Positions 49,784 to 59,847 of a stretch of 64,000 nt of DNA are shown one piece after another. The position numbers and the translations under genes were made by a program. Each line of letters opens with the position of its first letter. The stretch's first letter is position 1. The notes beneath the pieces are model-generated. The model ran no database searches and had not been told where the DNA came from. It saw only the letters and a program-made list of their open reading frames with translations. This DNA is from Phascolarctobacterium sp. (GTDB lineage: Bacteria > Bacillota > Negativicutes > Acidaminococcales > Acidaminococcaceae), in assembly GCF_030531065.1 (NCBI RefSeq), contig NZ_JAUNOQ010000006.1, positions 89,045 through 153,044 of the forward strand. The letters are read 5' to 3'.

Positions 49784-51187
49784 ATGGCGAAGGATAAAGT
49801 TAAAGCCTTTAAGGCTCCCAGTCCCATAATTATTTTAGTTTGCGTTATTACTTTGTGCGCGCTGGCCAGCTATGTAATTCCGGCGGGCGTGTACGACCGC
49901 GTTAAGGATGTGCATACGGGCAAGATGGTCGTCGACCCGGCCACCTTCCATTATGTAGCGCAAAAGCCCACGGGCTTTATGGATTTCTTTACGGCGGTTA
50001 ATAAGGGCTTCAAGGGCGGCATCAGCATTATCGCCTTTTTGTTCATGGTCGGCGGTTCTTTGAATATTTTGGCCCGCACGGGCGCTATTGTGGCGGGACT
50101 CAGCAGTTTGGTTAAGAAAATGCGCAATCATAGCATTTTGCTGATTCCCGTACTGATGACGACGCTGGCAACCTTTTCCACTTTGGCGGGCTGTAACGAG
50201 GAATATCTGGCCTTTACGCCGCTGGTGGTGAGCGTGGCTTTGGCGCTGGGCTTTGATTCCTTGACGGCCTTGGGCATTTTGTTCTGCTCGGTGGCGGCAG
50301 GCTACGGCGCGGGCTGCACCCAGCCCTTTTCCGTCGGCGTGGCGCAGGGTATTGCAGGCGTGCCGATTTTTTCCGGCTTGCCGTATCGCGTAGGCATCTT
50401 TGCGGTTTTGCTGGCGCTGAATATCAGCTTCGTGATGTACCACGCTTATAAGGTAAAGAAAAATCCGCAGAGCAGTCCTGTTTATGAAATCGACAGGGCG
50501 AAGGCCGATACCATTAAGCTGGACGATACCTCGGAGCTGAGCACCCGTCAGGCCATTAGTCTGGCGCTTTTGGGGCTGAACTTTGTCGGCATTATTTTCG
50601 GCGTGCTGAAATATGATTTTTATATGAATGAAATTTCCGCGCTGTTCATCATCATGGGCATTTTATCCGGCTTCATTTGCCAGCTCAAGCCCAACGATAT
50701 CTGCGACGCATTTTTGGACGGCTGCAAGGGTATGATGCTGCCGTGTCTGGCGGTGGCGATGTGTAAAGCCGCAACCATTCTCTTGGACGACGCCAGAGTT
50801 ATGGATACGATTATTTATTATCTGGCCGGGATTTTGGATGTATTCCCATCCTCTATTATTGCCTTCGGTATGTTCATCATCCAGGACTGCTTTAATATTT
50901 TGGTTCCGTCCAGCTCCGGTCAAGCGGCTATTTCCATGCCGATTATGGCGCCGCTGGCCGATATTGTGGGCCTGACCCGCCAGACGGCGGTTTTTGCCTT
51001 TACCTTCGGCGACGCTTTTACCAACTGCATTACGCCCGCGTCCGGCACTACCATGTCGTACCTGGCGATGGCGAACGTGCCTTATAAAAAATGGGTGCGC
51101 TTTGTGCTGCCGCTGCTGGGCATGTGGTGGGTTGTGGCCTTTTGCTTTTTGACTTACGCCACGGCGATTAAATTGGGGCCGGTATAA
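49784..51187 (+). CDS. YfcC-family membrane transporter
   Basis: SYVIPAGVYD, LVPSSSGQA...MPIMAPL, FGDAFTN.ITP. Confidence 0.88.
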   Translation: MAKDKVKAFKAPSPIIILVCVITLCALASYVIPAGVYDRVKDVHTGKMVVDPATFHYVAQKPTGFMDFFTAVNKGFKGGISIIAFLFMVGGSLNILARTGAIVAGLSSLVKKMRNHSILLIPVLMTTLATFSTLAGCNEEYLAFTPLVVSVALALGFDSLTALGILFCSVAAGYGAGCTQPFSVGVAQGIAGVPIFSGLPYRVGIFAVLLALNISFVMYHAYKVKKNPQSSPVYEIDRAKADTIKLDDTSELSTRQAISLALLGLNFVGIIFGVLKYDFYMNEISALFIIMGILSGFICQLKPNDICDAFLDGCKGMMLPCLAVAMCKAATILLDDARVMDTIIYYLAGILDVFPSSIIAFGMFIIQDCFNILVPSSSGQAAISMPIMAPLADIVGLTRQTAVFAFTFGDAFTNCITPASGTTMSYLAMANVPYKKWVRFVLPLLGMWWVVAFCFLTYATAIKLGPV

Positions 51188-51304
51188 TTTTTGCGAAAAC
51201 AGGATTGCGCGAGCGTTTGGCCTGGCGCAGTCCTGCTTTGTTTTCGTCCGCGCATCTTGCGGTAACGCTTTGAATATGCTATAATAAGCTTTAAATTGAA
51301 TATC

Positions 51305-51547
51305 CCCCTGACTGCATGATGAACAAGCAAGTAAAGTCCTGCAAGCGTTTCAGAGAGCGGAGCCGTCGGCTGCAAGCTTCGCACAGGAGCATGGCTTGAA
51401 GTTCCCTTGGGAATGCTTCGCCTGAAGGCCGCAAGGCTGGGTAGGGCGGACGTAGAAGCTGCGTTAAGGCCGGCAATGAAGGTATAAATATGGGTGGTAC
51501 CGCGAATTAATTCGCCCCTGTGAATTTTTGCAGGGGCGTCTTTTTAT
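51305..51547 (+). promoter_or_regulatory. T-box riboswitch (Phe specifier) for pheST
   Basis: AGAGA box, specifier GAAG-TTC-CC, T-box ATGGGTGGTACCGCG, terminator CGCCCCTG...CAGGGGCG-TCTTTTT. Confidence 0.9.
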
Positions 51548-51589
51548 TCAATTTTAGTATTACCTGTTGACAATATTAAGGAGGCAAAC

Positions 51590-52630
51590 ATGGAAGCTAC
51601 GATGAAAGAACAGTTATCAGCATTAAAAGAGCAGGCCCTGGCCGAGCTGGCTGCGGTGGATTCTTTAGAGGCTCTGAAAAATCTGCGCGTTAAATATTTG
51701 GGCAAAAAGGGACCGATGACCGAAATCCTGCGCGGCATGGGCAAGCTGTCTGCCGAAGAGCGCCCTAAGATCGGTCAGATCGTCAACGAAATCAAAAGCG
51801 TTTTGGAAAATGAAATTAACGCAAGGACTAAAGTTTTGGAAAAGAAAGCGTTAAGCGATAAGCTGGCTAACGAAAAGGTGGACATTACGCTGCCCGGACG
51901 TCAGCTCAAGGCCGGGCATCTGCATCCGGTTACCTTAACCCTGCGCGAGATTAAAAAGATTTTCATGCGCATGGGCTTCGACGTGTGCGACGGCCCGGAA
52001 ATTGAAGACGTGTACCATAATTTTACGGCGCTCAACCTGCCGCCCGATCATCCGGCTCTTGATATGCAGGATTCGTTTTACATTACGGAAAATTATTTGC
52101 TGCGCACGCAGACGAGCGGCGTGCAGGCGCGTACTTTGGAAAGCATGGAACCTAACACGCCCATCCGCATGATTTGCCCCGGCACTGTGTACCGCTGCGA
52201 TTACGACGCTACGCATTCGCCCATGTTCCATCAGGTAGAGGGTCTGGTTGTCGACAAAAATATCAGCCTCGCCGATTTGAAGGGCACGCTGGAGCTGTTC
52301 TGCAAGCAGATGTTTGGCGCGGACGTTAAGGTGCGCCTGCGCCCGTCCTATTTCCCGTTCACGGAGCCTTCGGTAGAAGTGGACGTGTCCTGCCCGATTT
52401 GCCAGGGACGCGGCGGCTGCCATGTGTGCAAGGACAGCGGCTGGCTGGAAATTTTGGGCGCGGGCGTGGTGCATCCCAACGTGCTGCGCATGAGCGGCTA
52501 CGACCCGGACAAGATGACGGGCTTCGCCTTCGGTTTGGGCGTAGAACGCATCGCTATGCTGAAATATGGTATCGACGACCTGCGTTTGTTCTTTGAAAAC
52601 GACCAACGCTTTATCGGTCAGTTTAAATAA
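51590..52630 (+). CDS. pheS: Phenylalanine--tRNA ligase alpha subunit
   Basis: LRTQTSGVQ, FHQVEGL, RPSYFPFTEPS, WLEILGAG, GFAFGLGVER. Confidence 0.96.
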   Translation: MEATMKEQLSALKEQALAELAAVDSLEALKNLRVKYLGKKGPMTEILRGMGKLSAEERPKIGQIVNEIKSVLENEINARTKVLEKKALSDKLANEKVDITLPGRQLKAGHLHPVTLTLREIKKIFMRMGFDVCDGPEIEDVYHNFTALNLPPDHPALDMQDSFYITENYLLRTQTSGVQARTLESMEPNTPIRMICPGTVYRCDYDATHSPMFHQVEGLVVDKNISLADLKGTLELFCKQMFGADVKVRLRPSYFPFTEPSVEVDVSCPICQGRGGCHVCKDSGWLEILGAGVVHPNVLRMSGYDPDKMTGFAFGLGVERIAMLKYGIDDLRLFFENDQRFIGQFK

Positions 52631-52641
52631 GGAGGAGCAAA

Positions 52642-55095
52642 ATGTTAGCGTCTTTGGAATGGTTAAAACAATATGTTGATATAAATATTTCTACTGCCGA
52701 GCTGTGCGACAAAATCACGCGCGTCGGCCTGGAGGTGGATACTGTCGAGCAGCTGGGCAAGGGCCTGGAGGGCGTTGTTACCGGTAAGGTTATGGAAATT
52801 TCGCGCCATCCCAATTCCGACCACCTGTGGGTGTGCATGATGGATTACGGCCAGGGCGGCGACCCGGTGCAGATTTTGACGGGCGCGCAGAACGTGCGCC
52901 AGTTTGATATCGTGCCCGTGGCTACGGTGGGAGCCGTACTGCCGCCGAGCGGCAGCAACCCCGAAGGCATGAAGCTGAAAAAAGCGAAAATGCGCGGGCT
53001 GGATTCCTTCGGTATGCTGTGCAGCGCCGACGAATTAGGCATCGACAGCAAGCTGCTGCTGCCGGAGCAGCGCAACGGCATTTTTATTCTGCCGCCGGAT
53101 ACGCCCATCGGCGTGGATATTAAAACTGTTTTAGGCCTGGACGATACGGTCATCGATATCGATTTGACCAGCAACCGCGCCGACTGCTTCAGCATTTTGG
53201 GCTTGGCGCGCGAAATCAGCGCCATCACCGGCTGCCCGCTGAAGATGCCTGCGATGGAAGTGGCGGAGGCCGCAGGAGGGAAGGCTTCCGATTACGTGCA
53301 TATCAAAATCGACGCGCCGGAGCTGTGCAGCCGTTTTTCGACCCGCGTTTTAAAGGATATTAAAATTGCGCCTTCTCCAGAATGGATGCAGAACCGTCTG
53401 CGCGCCTGCGGCGTGCGTCCCATCAGCAACGTGGTTGACGTTACCAACTACGTAATGCTGGAATTGGGCCAGCCCATGCACGCTTACGACGCCGATAAGG
53501 TTGCGGGCCGCACTTTAATTGTGCGCCGCGCCGAGGAGGGCGAAAAGCTTATCACGCTCGACGATAAGGAAAGAATTTTGAATTCGTCCATGATTACCAT
53601 TGGCGACGCCGAAAAAGCCGCGGGCTTGGGCGGCGTTATGGGCGGCCTGCTGACCGAAGTAACTGGCGCTACGAAGAATGTTATTTTAGAGGCGGCGTCC
53701 TTCCACGGCCCCAGCATCCGCCGTACGTCCCGCGCACTGGGCTTGCGCAGCGAAGCCAGCGGCCGCTTTGAGCGCGGCGTGGATACGATGCTGACCCACA
53801 ACGCGTTGAATCGCGCGGCGCATCTGCTGGAGCAAATGGGCGCCTGCGAAACCTTCCGCGGTATTGTGGAGGATTATCCCGAGCCCGTTAAGCCTGCCGT
53901 AATTACGACGACGCCGGAAAAAATTAACGGCTGCATCGGCTGCGTTATCAGCCGTGAGGAAATCGTGGCGATATTGCAAAAGCTGGGCTTCGGCGTGGAG
54001 GAGCAGGGCGAAGAGCTGGTTATTACCGCTCCCAGCTGGCGCCGCGATATTGAATGCGACGCCGACATCAGCGAGGAAGTCGCCCGTATGCACGGCTATG
54101 ATTATATTGAAAGCCACCAGCCGGAGTTAAAAATTACTCAGGGCAGCCAATCCGTTTTGGACGACGTGAAGGACGCCGTGCAGGATTATATGGCTGCTGC
54201 CGGTCTCAATGAAATGATGACTTACAGCTTCATTAAAGCTACAGCCTTTGATAAAATGCTGCTGCCCGCCGACGACAGCCGCCGCAGCTGCATCGAGCTT
54301 TTGAATCCCATCACAGACGCTTTTTCCGTAATGCGCACCACCATGATTCCCAGCGCCTTGCAGACCGCGTCCTTCAACCTGCGCAACCATAACGACAGCG
54401 TAGCCTTGTTCGAGGTTGGCCGCATTTTCCTGCCCAAGGCTTTGCCGCTGACGGAGGACGCCGAGGAGCGCCCGATGCTGACCGCCGTTATCAGCGGCAG
54501 ACGCGAACCGCTGAATTGGTGCGCCGCTAAAGAAAACGTCGATTTTTACGATATGAAGGGCTTGGTCGAAGGCCTGCTGGCAGCCCTGCAGGTGCAGGAC
54601 TATACGCTGGCGCGGTCCGCCGCTTCTTATCTGCATCCGGGCAAGAGCTGCGATATCGTGCTTAACGGTCAGGTTATCGGCTCCTTTGGCGAGGTACACC
54701 CGACGGCGCAGGAAAATTTTGAGCTGGACCAAACGACTTATGTTTTGGAAATGGCTGTGGAGCCGTTGGTAGCCAGCGCCGCCGCCGTGCCTAAATACCA
54801 GTACCTGCCTAAATATCCCGCTATGAGCCGCGACATTGCCGTCGTTGTGCCGCTGGAGGTAAGCAACGAGGAAATTGAAGCCGTAATCCGCGCCAATGCC
54901 GGCGAACTGCTGCGCACAGTCCGCGTTTTTGATATTTACACCGGCAAGCAGGTAGCGGCTGGCTGCAAATCCATGGCCTTTAACCTGACCTACCAGGCGG
55001 CCGACCGCACCTTGACCGACGCCGAGGTGGACGCCAGCATGAAGCAGGTTATCGCTCAGGTGGCCGAGGCTTATAAAGCAAAGCTGAGAGCGTAA
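52642..55095 (+). CDS. pheT: Phenylalanine--tRNA ligase beta subunit
   Basis: GMLCSADELG, NRADCFS, NVVDVTNYV.LELGQPMHAYD, RFERGVD, EEVAR..GYD, FDX-ACB C-terminus. Confidence 0.96.
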   Translation: MLASLEWLKQYVDINISTAELCDKITRVGLEVDTVEQLGKGLEGVVTGKVMEISRHPNSDHLWVCMMDYGQGGDPVQILTGAQNVRQFDIVPVATVGAVLPPSGSNPEGMKLKKAKMRGLDSFGMLCSADELGIDSKLLLPEQRNGIFILPPDTPIGVDIKTVLGLDDTVIDIDLTSNRADCFSILGLAREISAITGCPLKMPAMEVAEAAGGKASDYVHIKIDAPELCSRFSTRVLKDIKIAPSPEWMQNRLRACGVRPISNVVDVTNYVMLELGQPMHAYDADKVAGRTLIVRRAEEGEKLITLDDKERILNSSMITIGDAEKAAGLGGVMGGLLTEVTGATKNVILEAASFHGPSIRRTSRALGLRSEASGRFERGVDTMLTHNALNRAAHLLEQMGACETFRGIVEDYPEPVKPAVITTTPEKINGCIGCVISREEIVAILQKLGFGVEEQGEELVITAPSWRRDIECDADISEEVARMHGYDYIESHQPELKITQGSQSVLDDVKDAVQDYMAAAGLNEMMTYSFIKATAFDKMLLPADDSRRSCIELLNPITDAFSVMRTTMIPSALQTASFNLRNHNDSVALFEVGRIFLPKALPLTEDAEERPMLTAVISGRREPLNWCAAKENVDFYDMKGLVEGLLAALQVQDYTLARSAASYLHPGKSCDIVLNGQVIGSFGEVHPTAQENFELDQTTYVLEMAVEPLVASAAAVPKYQYLPKYPAMSRDIAVVVPLEVSNEEIEAVIRANAGELLRTVRVFDIYTGKQVAAGCKSMAFNLTYQAADRTLTDAEVDASMKQVIAQVAEAYKAKLRA

Positions 55096-55136
55096 TTTGT
55101 AAAACGCGGCGCGTCCATCAACCGCAAAATATAAAA

Positions 55137-55180
55137 AGGACTGAACCCTGTAAAAATTTTTCAGAGTTCAGTCCTTAATT
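55137..55180. terminator. Terminator between convergent pheT and ldh-like gene
   Basis: AAGGACTGAAC.CTG...CAG.GTTCAGTCCTT inverted repeat. Confidence 0.6.
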
Positions 55181-55199
55181 TATGTGCGGGAATAAAAAT

Positions 55200-56159
55200 T
55201 TATTTTTTCAGCGAAGCCGCTCTTTCCAAAAAGCCGCGCAGGATATCGCAGGAGGCGTTGAATTTTTCCTGTTCTTCGTCTGCCAGCGCTACCTCTAAAA
55301 TTTCTTCGATACCGTTTTTGCCGATAACGCAGGGTACGCCTGCGGCTACGTCCTTCTGGCCGTATTGGCCGTTGAGCGCGGTGGAGCAGGGCCAAATCAG
55401 TTTTTGGTCGTGGAAGATGGCGCTGATAATCATCACGGCGGCGTTGGCAATGCCAAATTCGGTGCAGCCCTTGCCGTCGATTTCAATATCGCCGGCCTTT
55501 TTTACCTGCGCCTGCAGGTCTGCCAGGCTTATGGCGGCTATGTCCAGGCGTTCGGCGCGCAGCTGCAGGAACGGCTTGGTGCCGATGCGCACGCGGGACC
55601 AGACGATAAAGCTGGAATTGCCGTGCTCGCCCATGCAGAAGGCTTGAATGGAGCGGCGGCTGTAGCCGGTGGCGGCGCTCAAAACGCGCAGCAGGCGGTA
55701 ACTTTCCAGGCTGGTGCCGGTGCAGAAGCAGCGGCGGGGCTTCCATTGCATTTCACGGCGAATGTATTCGCAGATAATGTCGGCGGGATTGGAAATACTG
55801 ATCATAATACCTTGGAAATTTACGGTTTTGAGATGGGAAACTACCTCGTCCGCCATTTTGATGGAATCGTCGAACATATCCAGGCGCGTTTCGCCGGGGC
55901 GGCGGCTGCGGCCGAAGGCCATGACGAGAATGTCCGCGTCGTTTAATTCTTCGTAACCGCCGGCGCGGATAATAACGTCGCGTCCGGACAGGGAACCGCT
56001 CACGCCGTCGTCCAAATCCAGCGCCTGGGCCGCGGCCTTTTGCGGCAGAATATCGATGAGCACAATATCGTCGGCTTCGCCGGACTGAATGAGAGCTAAA
56101 GCGACATGGGAACCTACATGGCCAGCGCCTACGATGACAACCTTACGGTTTTTGAACAT
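55200..56159 (-). CDS. L-lactate/malate dehydrogenase family protein
   Basis: IVGAGHVG, RPGETRLD, ISNPADI, MGEHGNS, G.TEFGIA; RBS GGAGG before ATG 56159. Confidence 0.88.
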   Translation of the reverse strand: MFKNRKVVIVGAGHVGSHVALALIQSGEADDIVLIDILPQKAAAQALDLDDGVSGSLSGRDVIIRAGGYEELNDADILVMAFGRSRRPGETRLDMFDDSIKMADEVVSHLKTVNFQGIMISISNPADIICEYIRREMQWKPRRCFCTGTSLESYRLLRVLSAATGYSRRSIQAFCMGEHGNSSFIVWSRVRIGTKPFLQLRAERLDIAAISLADLQAQVKKAGDIEIDGKGCTEFGIANAAVMIISAIFHDQKLIWPCSTALNGQYGQKDVAAGVPCVIGKNGIEEILEVALADEEQEKFNASCDILRGFLERAASLKK

Positions 56160-56325
56160 GATGCATACCTCCAATTTGCGAAACACAGCTTTGCTGCAAA
56201 ATGAGAAAAGATAAACGCAATTCACTTAAATATAGTATACTATTATCTGCAGCGGGCTACAAATTTTTTTAGTGAGGAATTTGTAAAATAAAAAGGATTT
56301 GCCGGGACGCAGGCCGTATTATTAT

Positions 56326-56496
56326 CGTCACGCCTGCATCGGAGCGGGAACGATCGGGCTTGCGGCGCTGTCGGCGGTGATGACACACCCGGCGCTGCGC
56401 AAGCTGCCATTTTATTTGGAAACGCCGAACGAGCTGCCGGGCTACGCGGCGGAAATCAAGCTCTTGCGGGAGCTGTACGAAAACGAGTTGGGGTGA
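56326..56496 (+). pseudogene. nfo: 3' remnant of an endonuclease IV (nfo) gene
   Basis: RHACIGAGTIG.AAL..VMTHPAL..LPFYLETP matches the EndoIV C-terminus; N-terminal part absent. Confidence 0.7.
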
Positions 56497-56599
56497 AAGT
56501 TGAGCTTTCACTGAAAAGTCGTTGGAAAAAGTTGCAAATTTGCAAAAAAGTCCCTTTAAAAAGTTGATAATTTCTCAAAAAGTCGTTGGAAAAAGTTGC
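56496..56599 (+). repeat. 32-bp-period direct repeats upstream of the AAA ATPase
   Basis: AAAAGTCGTTGGAAAAAGTTGC at 56514 and 56578; variant AAAAGTCCCTTTAAAAAGTTGA at 56546; AAAGTTGA in register at 56496. Confidence 0.75.
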
Positions 56600-56649
56600 G
56601 CGGCAGGTTATAATTAAACTGTAATATTTTATCGTTGGGGTGATAAGTT

Positions 56650-57978
56650 ATGCTGAAACGAAAAATAGAGCAGAAGCTTTTGGAATGGAAAAATACGGAG
56701 AATCATAATCCGTTAATTATTAAAGGCTGTCGGCAATGCGGTAAAACATTTATTGCAGAGGATTTCGCCAAAAAAAATTACGGTCATGTAATATATATGA
56801 ACTTTTTTGAGAATCAAGATTATCTTTCTGTGTTCGACGGTTCTTTAAATGTAGATAATCTTGTGATGATGATGTCTGCCGTTTTAGGAGAAAAGGCGAT
56901 TTTTGTTCCCGGAGATACCATAATTATTCTTGATGAAATTCAGGTTTGTCCGAATGCGCGAACTGCTTTAAAGTTTTTTAAGTTGGACGGACGTTTCGAC
57001 GTTATAGGAACAGGTTCGCTTCTGGGCGTTAAGGGGTATAGGGATAATGCCGTGTCCGTGCCGGTTGGGTATGAAACGGTTATTGAGATGTATCCTTTGG
57101 ATTTTGAAGAATTTTTGTGGGCTAACGGTATTACTCCTCAAATCATCGGGCTGTTGCAAAACTATTTGGCAAAAAAGGAACCGGTGCCCGATGCTTTACA
57201 TAACAGATTAAGAAATTTGTTTTTGCAGTATGCGGTCGTAGGCGGTATGCCTGACGCCGTTAATAGTTTCCTTGCTACAAAACAAATGAATAAAGTGTTG
57301 GAGATTCAGCGAAATATTTTATTGTCCTATGAAGACGATATGGTCAAATACGCCGAGAATAAGGATAAACCGCTGATTAAAGGATGCTTTCAGTCCATAC
57401 CGAAGCAGCTTAGTAAGGAGAATAAGAAATTTCAATATTCGTTGATTAAAAAAGGTTCTACGGCTGCCAGGTATGCAGGCTGCCTGCAATGGATAGAGGA
57501 CGCCGGCATTATCAAAAGATGCTATAATCTTTCGCTTCCGGAGCTGCCTTTGGCTGGCAATGCAGTGGACGACGTCTTTAAGGTGTATATGCAGGATACG
57601 GGACTTTTTATTGCTATGCTGGAGGATGGCACTCAGTTCGATGTTTTGCAGGGCAATCTTTGGGGGTATAAGGGAGCGATTTTTGAAAATCTTGCTGCCG
57701 ATATTTTTACTAAAATGGGGCGCAAGCTGTATTATTACCACAAAGATTCCGGGCTAGAGATAGATTTTGTAGTGCGTTATCAAGGCGAGGCTGTGCTTGT
57801 TGAAGTCAAGGCGTCAAGCGGCAATATCAAGAGCACTAAAACTATACTGAATCATCCTGAAAAGTATCATGTGAACAGAGCCATCAAATTAGGCGATTAC
57901 AATATTGGCAGAGCCGAAGGCAATTCACCTGTTTTGACTTTGCCATTTTATATGTGCTTCTTGTTAGATGAATATTGA
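56650..57978 (+). CDS. AAA-family ATPase with DUF4143 C-terminal domain
   Basis: MLKRKIEQKLLEWK, GCRQCGKT, ILDEIQ, TGSLLG, YPLDFEEFL, GGMPD, EIDFV, VEVKA. Confidence 0.88.
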   Translation: MLKRKIEQKLLEWKNTENHNPLIIKGCRQCGKTFIAEDFAKKNYGHVIYMNFFENQDYLSVFDGSLNVDNLVMMMSAVLGEKAIFVPGDTIIILDEIQVCPNARTALKFFKLDGRFDVIGTGSLLGVKGYRDNAVSVPVGYETVIEMYPLDFEEFLWANGITPQIIGLLQNYLAKKEPVPDALHNRLRNLFLQYAVVGGMPDAVNSFLATKQMNKVLEIQRNILLSYEDDMVKYAENKDKPLIKGCFQSIPKQLSKENKKFQYSLIKKGSTAARYAGCLQWIEDAGIIKRCYNLSLPELPLAGNAVDDVFKVYMQDTGLFIAMLEDGTQFDVLQGNLWGYKGAIFENLAADIFTKMGRKLYYYHKDSGLEIDFVVRYQGEAVLVEVKASSGNIKSTKTILNHPEKYHVNRAIKLGDYNIGRAEGNSPVLTLPFYMCFLLDEY

Positions 57979-58103
57979 TTGGCAAGCGGTATAATATTTT
58001 GCCAAACTGGCTGTAATTAGAAAAATGTGATTTTCAGGTAGCCTTTTCTTCGGAAAAATCTGTAAAAAGCCAGCTAAAAACTTCAGAAAAATGTGTGCAA
58101 ATT

Positions 58104-58153
58104 AAAATAACCAACCAATGCTTAGTTTTAAACTAGCGTCGGTTGGTTATTTT
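58104..58153. terminator. Bidirectional terminator
   Basis: AAAATAACCAACC...GGTTGGTTATTTTT. Confidence 0.7.
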
Positions 58154-58485
58154 TTGTTTTGTAAAGCTTTGGCTACTGCAATGACTAGCGATAACTGTTC
58201 TTTGTCGAGCATGGACAGAACTTGTGTCGCTTCGTGCAGCAACAGGACTGAAGGGTGCGAAGCGTTGGTTCCTTCAAAAAATTCCTGAGGAGTTATATTG
58301 AAGTATTCGCAGATGTAAAACAGCCCTTGAAGCGACGGCAGGTTGAGTTTGTTTTCGATGCGGTTGATGTAGTTGACGTTTTGTCCTATCGCCAGGCTCA
58401 TTTCGCGAGCGGAAACTTTTTTCTCCTGCCGTAGCTGCATGATCCTGTTAGCTACAAAATCTTCATACATGATGGGTTCCTCCAT
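58147..58485 (-). CDS. XRE/Cro-C1 family HTH regulator
   Basis: RIMQLRQEK.VSAREMSLAIGQNVNYINRIEN...PSLQ.L..IC.YF. Confidence 0.85.
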   Translation of the reverse strand: MEEPIMYEDFVANRIMQLRQEKKVSAREMSLAIGQNVNYINRIENKLNLPSLQGLFYICEYFNITPQEFFEGTNASHPSVLLLHEATQVLSMLDKEQLSLVIAVAKALQNKK

Positions 58486-58732
58486 ATTCTCTCCATACTA
58501 ATTATATGATATTTGTTGTGAAAAATAAGTTATAAAAAGTTGTAGAGTTGGTTGATATACGCTTTTAAAAGTTGTATAATGTAAAACGTACAGTGCCATA
58601 AATTGCGTCTGCTTATGTTTGAAATGTTGTAAGGCGTAGAACGAACGAAAACGCTTTTAATAATTTACGCAAGAGACGCTTGTTGTTATGGAATAATTTG
58701 ATTAATAATACGATTGGCGAGGGAGCGGGAAA

Positions 58733-59827
58733 ATGAAAAAATGGGTTGGTTTGTGCGCGGGCGCGTTATTAATGTGCAATACTGCCTTGGCACAAGTAAC
58801 TACGGTGGACGGCGTAGGCGTTGATAAGGACAGCGCGGTGCGCGACGCTATGCGCAACGCGGTAGAAAATGTCGTCGGAACTTTTCTTGATTCGCGCACT
58901 TTGGTAAGCAAATCCGTAGTGGCGTTAGATGAAATTTACGCGAAATCCCAAGGATTTGTGAAAAATATCAAGGTATTGAGCGAAGCGCAGGATAGCTATG
59001 GCTATAGGGTAACTGCGCAGATAGACGTGGATACGAATCCTGATTCGCAGCTTTTAGATAGATTGAATATGATTATGCTGCTTAACGATCCGAGAATTGC
59101 TGTAGTTGTGGGTTATCATAATAATTATGGGTATAACGACCAAAAAGAAAAATATCCAATGCTCTGCGAAGCTTCTATGAATAGTAAGCTTATTTCCTTG
59201 GGATTTAATCATGTTTTGGATTCCAGTAATGTGCGTAATGAAAACGGTATTATAGATTACAAAAATAATATTACAGACTATATGGTTTTAGGCTTGTTGG
59301 ACATTGAAACAAAAGACGTTATTTTACCTAGCTATAGTAGTTATACACAAGAGGGAGAATATGATAGAAGTGTTGAAACCGGTTTAGTACGTTCTTTAGC
59401 AGAAATAGATATTAAAGTTATAAAAACAGATACGCAAGAAGTAATAGGCGAATTTCACGCGGAAGCAGATGCTATAAAAAACTCTCAGAACAGCGTAGAA
59501 AATCAAGTGATTAAAGACGTAGGCATTAAGGCCGCTGAAAATTTGAGAAAGATATTTGCACAAAAAGCTTCTAATATATCCCAAACTTTGCAATTTATAG
59601 TTAGAGCAGATACATATGATGATGTTCTACGCTTTGATAAAGAACTCAGAAATGTAGCGGGTGTAAAATCTGTTAATTTGAAAGGGTATACTGACGGTAA
59701 AGCTGTCATTGAAATAGATAGCGATTTAAGACCCCAATACATTTACAGAGTATTAAAGGAAAACAGCAAACTAAATATTTTTATGGAAAAATCTACTGCT
59801 AATACTGTTGAATTATCAATAACATAA
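58733..59827 (+). CDS. Secreted FlgT-N/LPP20-like multidomain protein
   Basis: Signal peptide; G.G.D..SAVRDAMRNAVE.VVGT.LDS.T...DEIYAKSQGFV N-terminal pattern; C-terminal ferredoxin-like segment. Confidence 0.6.
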   Translation: MKKWVGLCAGALLMCNTALAQVTTVDGVGVDKDSAVRDAMRNAVENVVGTFLDSRTLVSKSVVALDEIYAKSQGFVKNIKVLSEAQDSYGYRVTAQIDVDTNPDSQLLDRLNMIMLLNDPRIAVVVGYHNNYGYNDQKEKYPMLCEASMNSKLISLGFNHVLDSSNVRNENGIIDYKNNITDYMVLGLLDIETKDVILPSYSSYTQEGEYDRSVETGLVRSLAEIDIKVIKTDTQEVIGEFHAEADAIKNSQNSVENQVIKDVGIKAAENLRKIFAQKASNISQTLQFIVRADTYDDVLRFDKELRNVAGVKSVNLKGYTDGKAVIEIDSDLRPQYIYRVLKENSKLNIFMEKSTANTVELSIT

Positions 59828-59847
59828 TTGTTTTGGGAGGAATTGAC

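Noticed and set aside
56496-56599. 32-bp periodic repeats as a mini-CRISPR or replication iterons
   Set aside because: Spacers are only ~10 nt and no cas or rep gene is adjacent; an operator array fits better.
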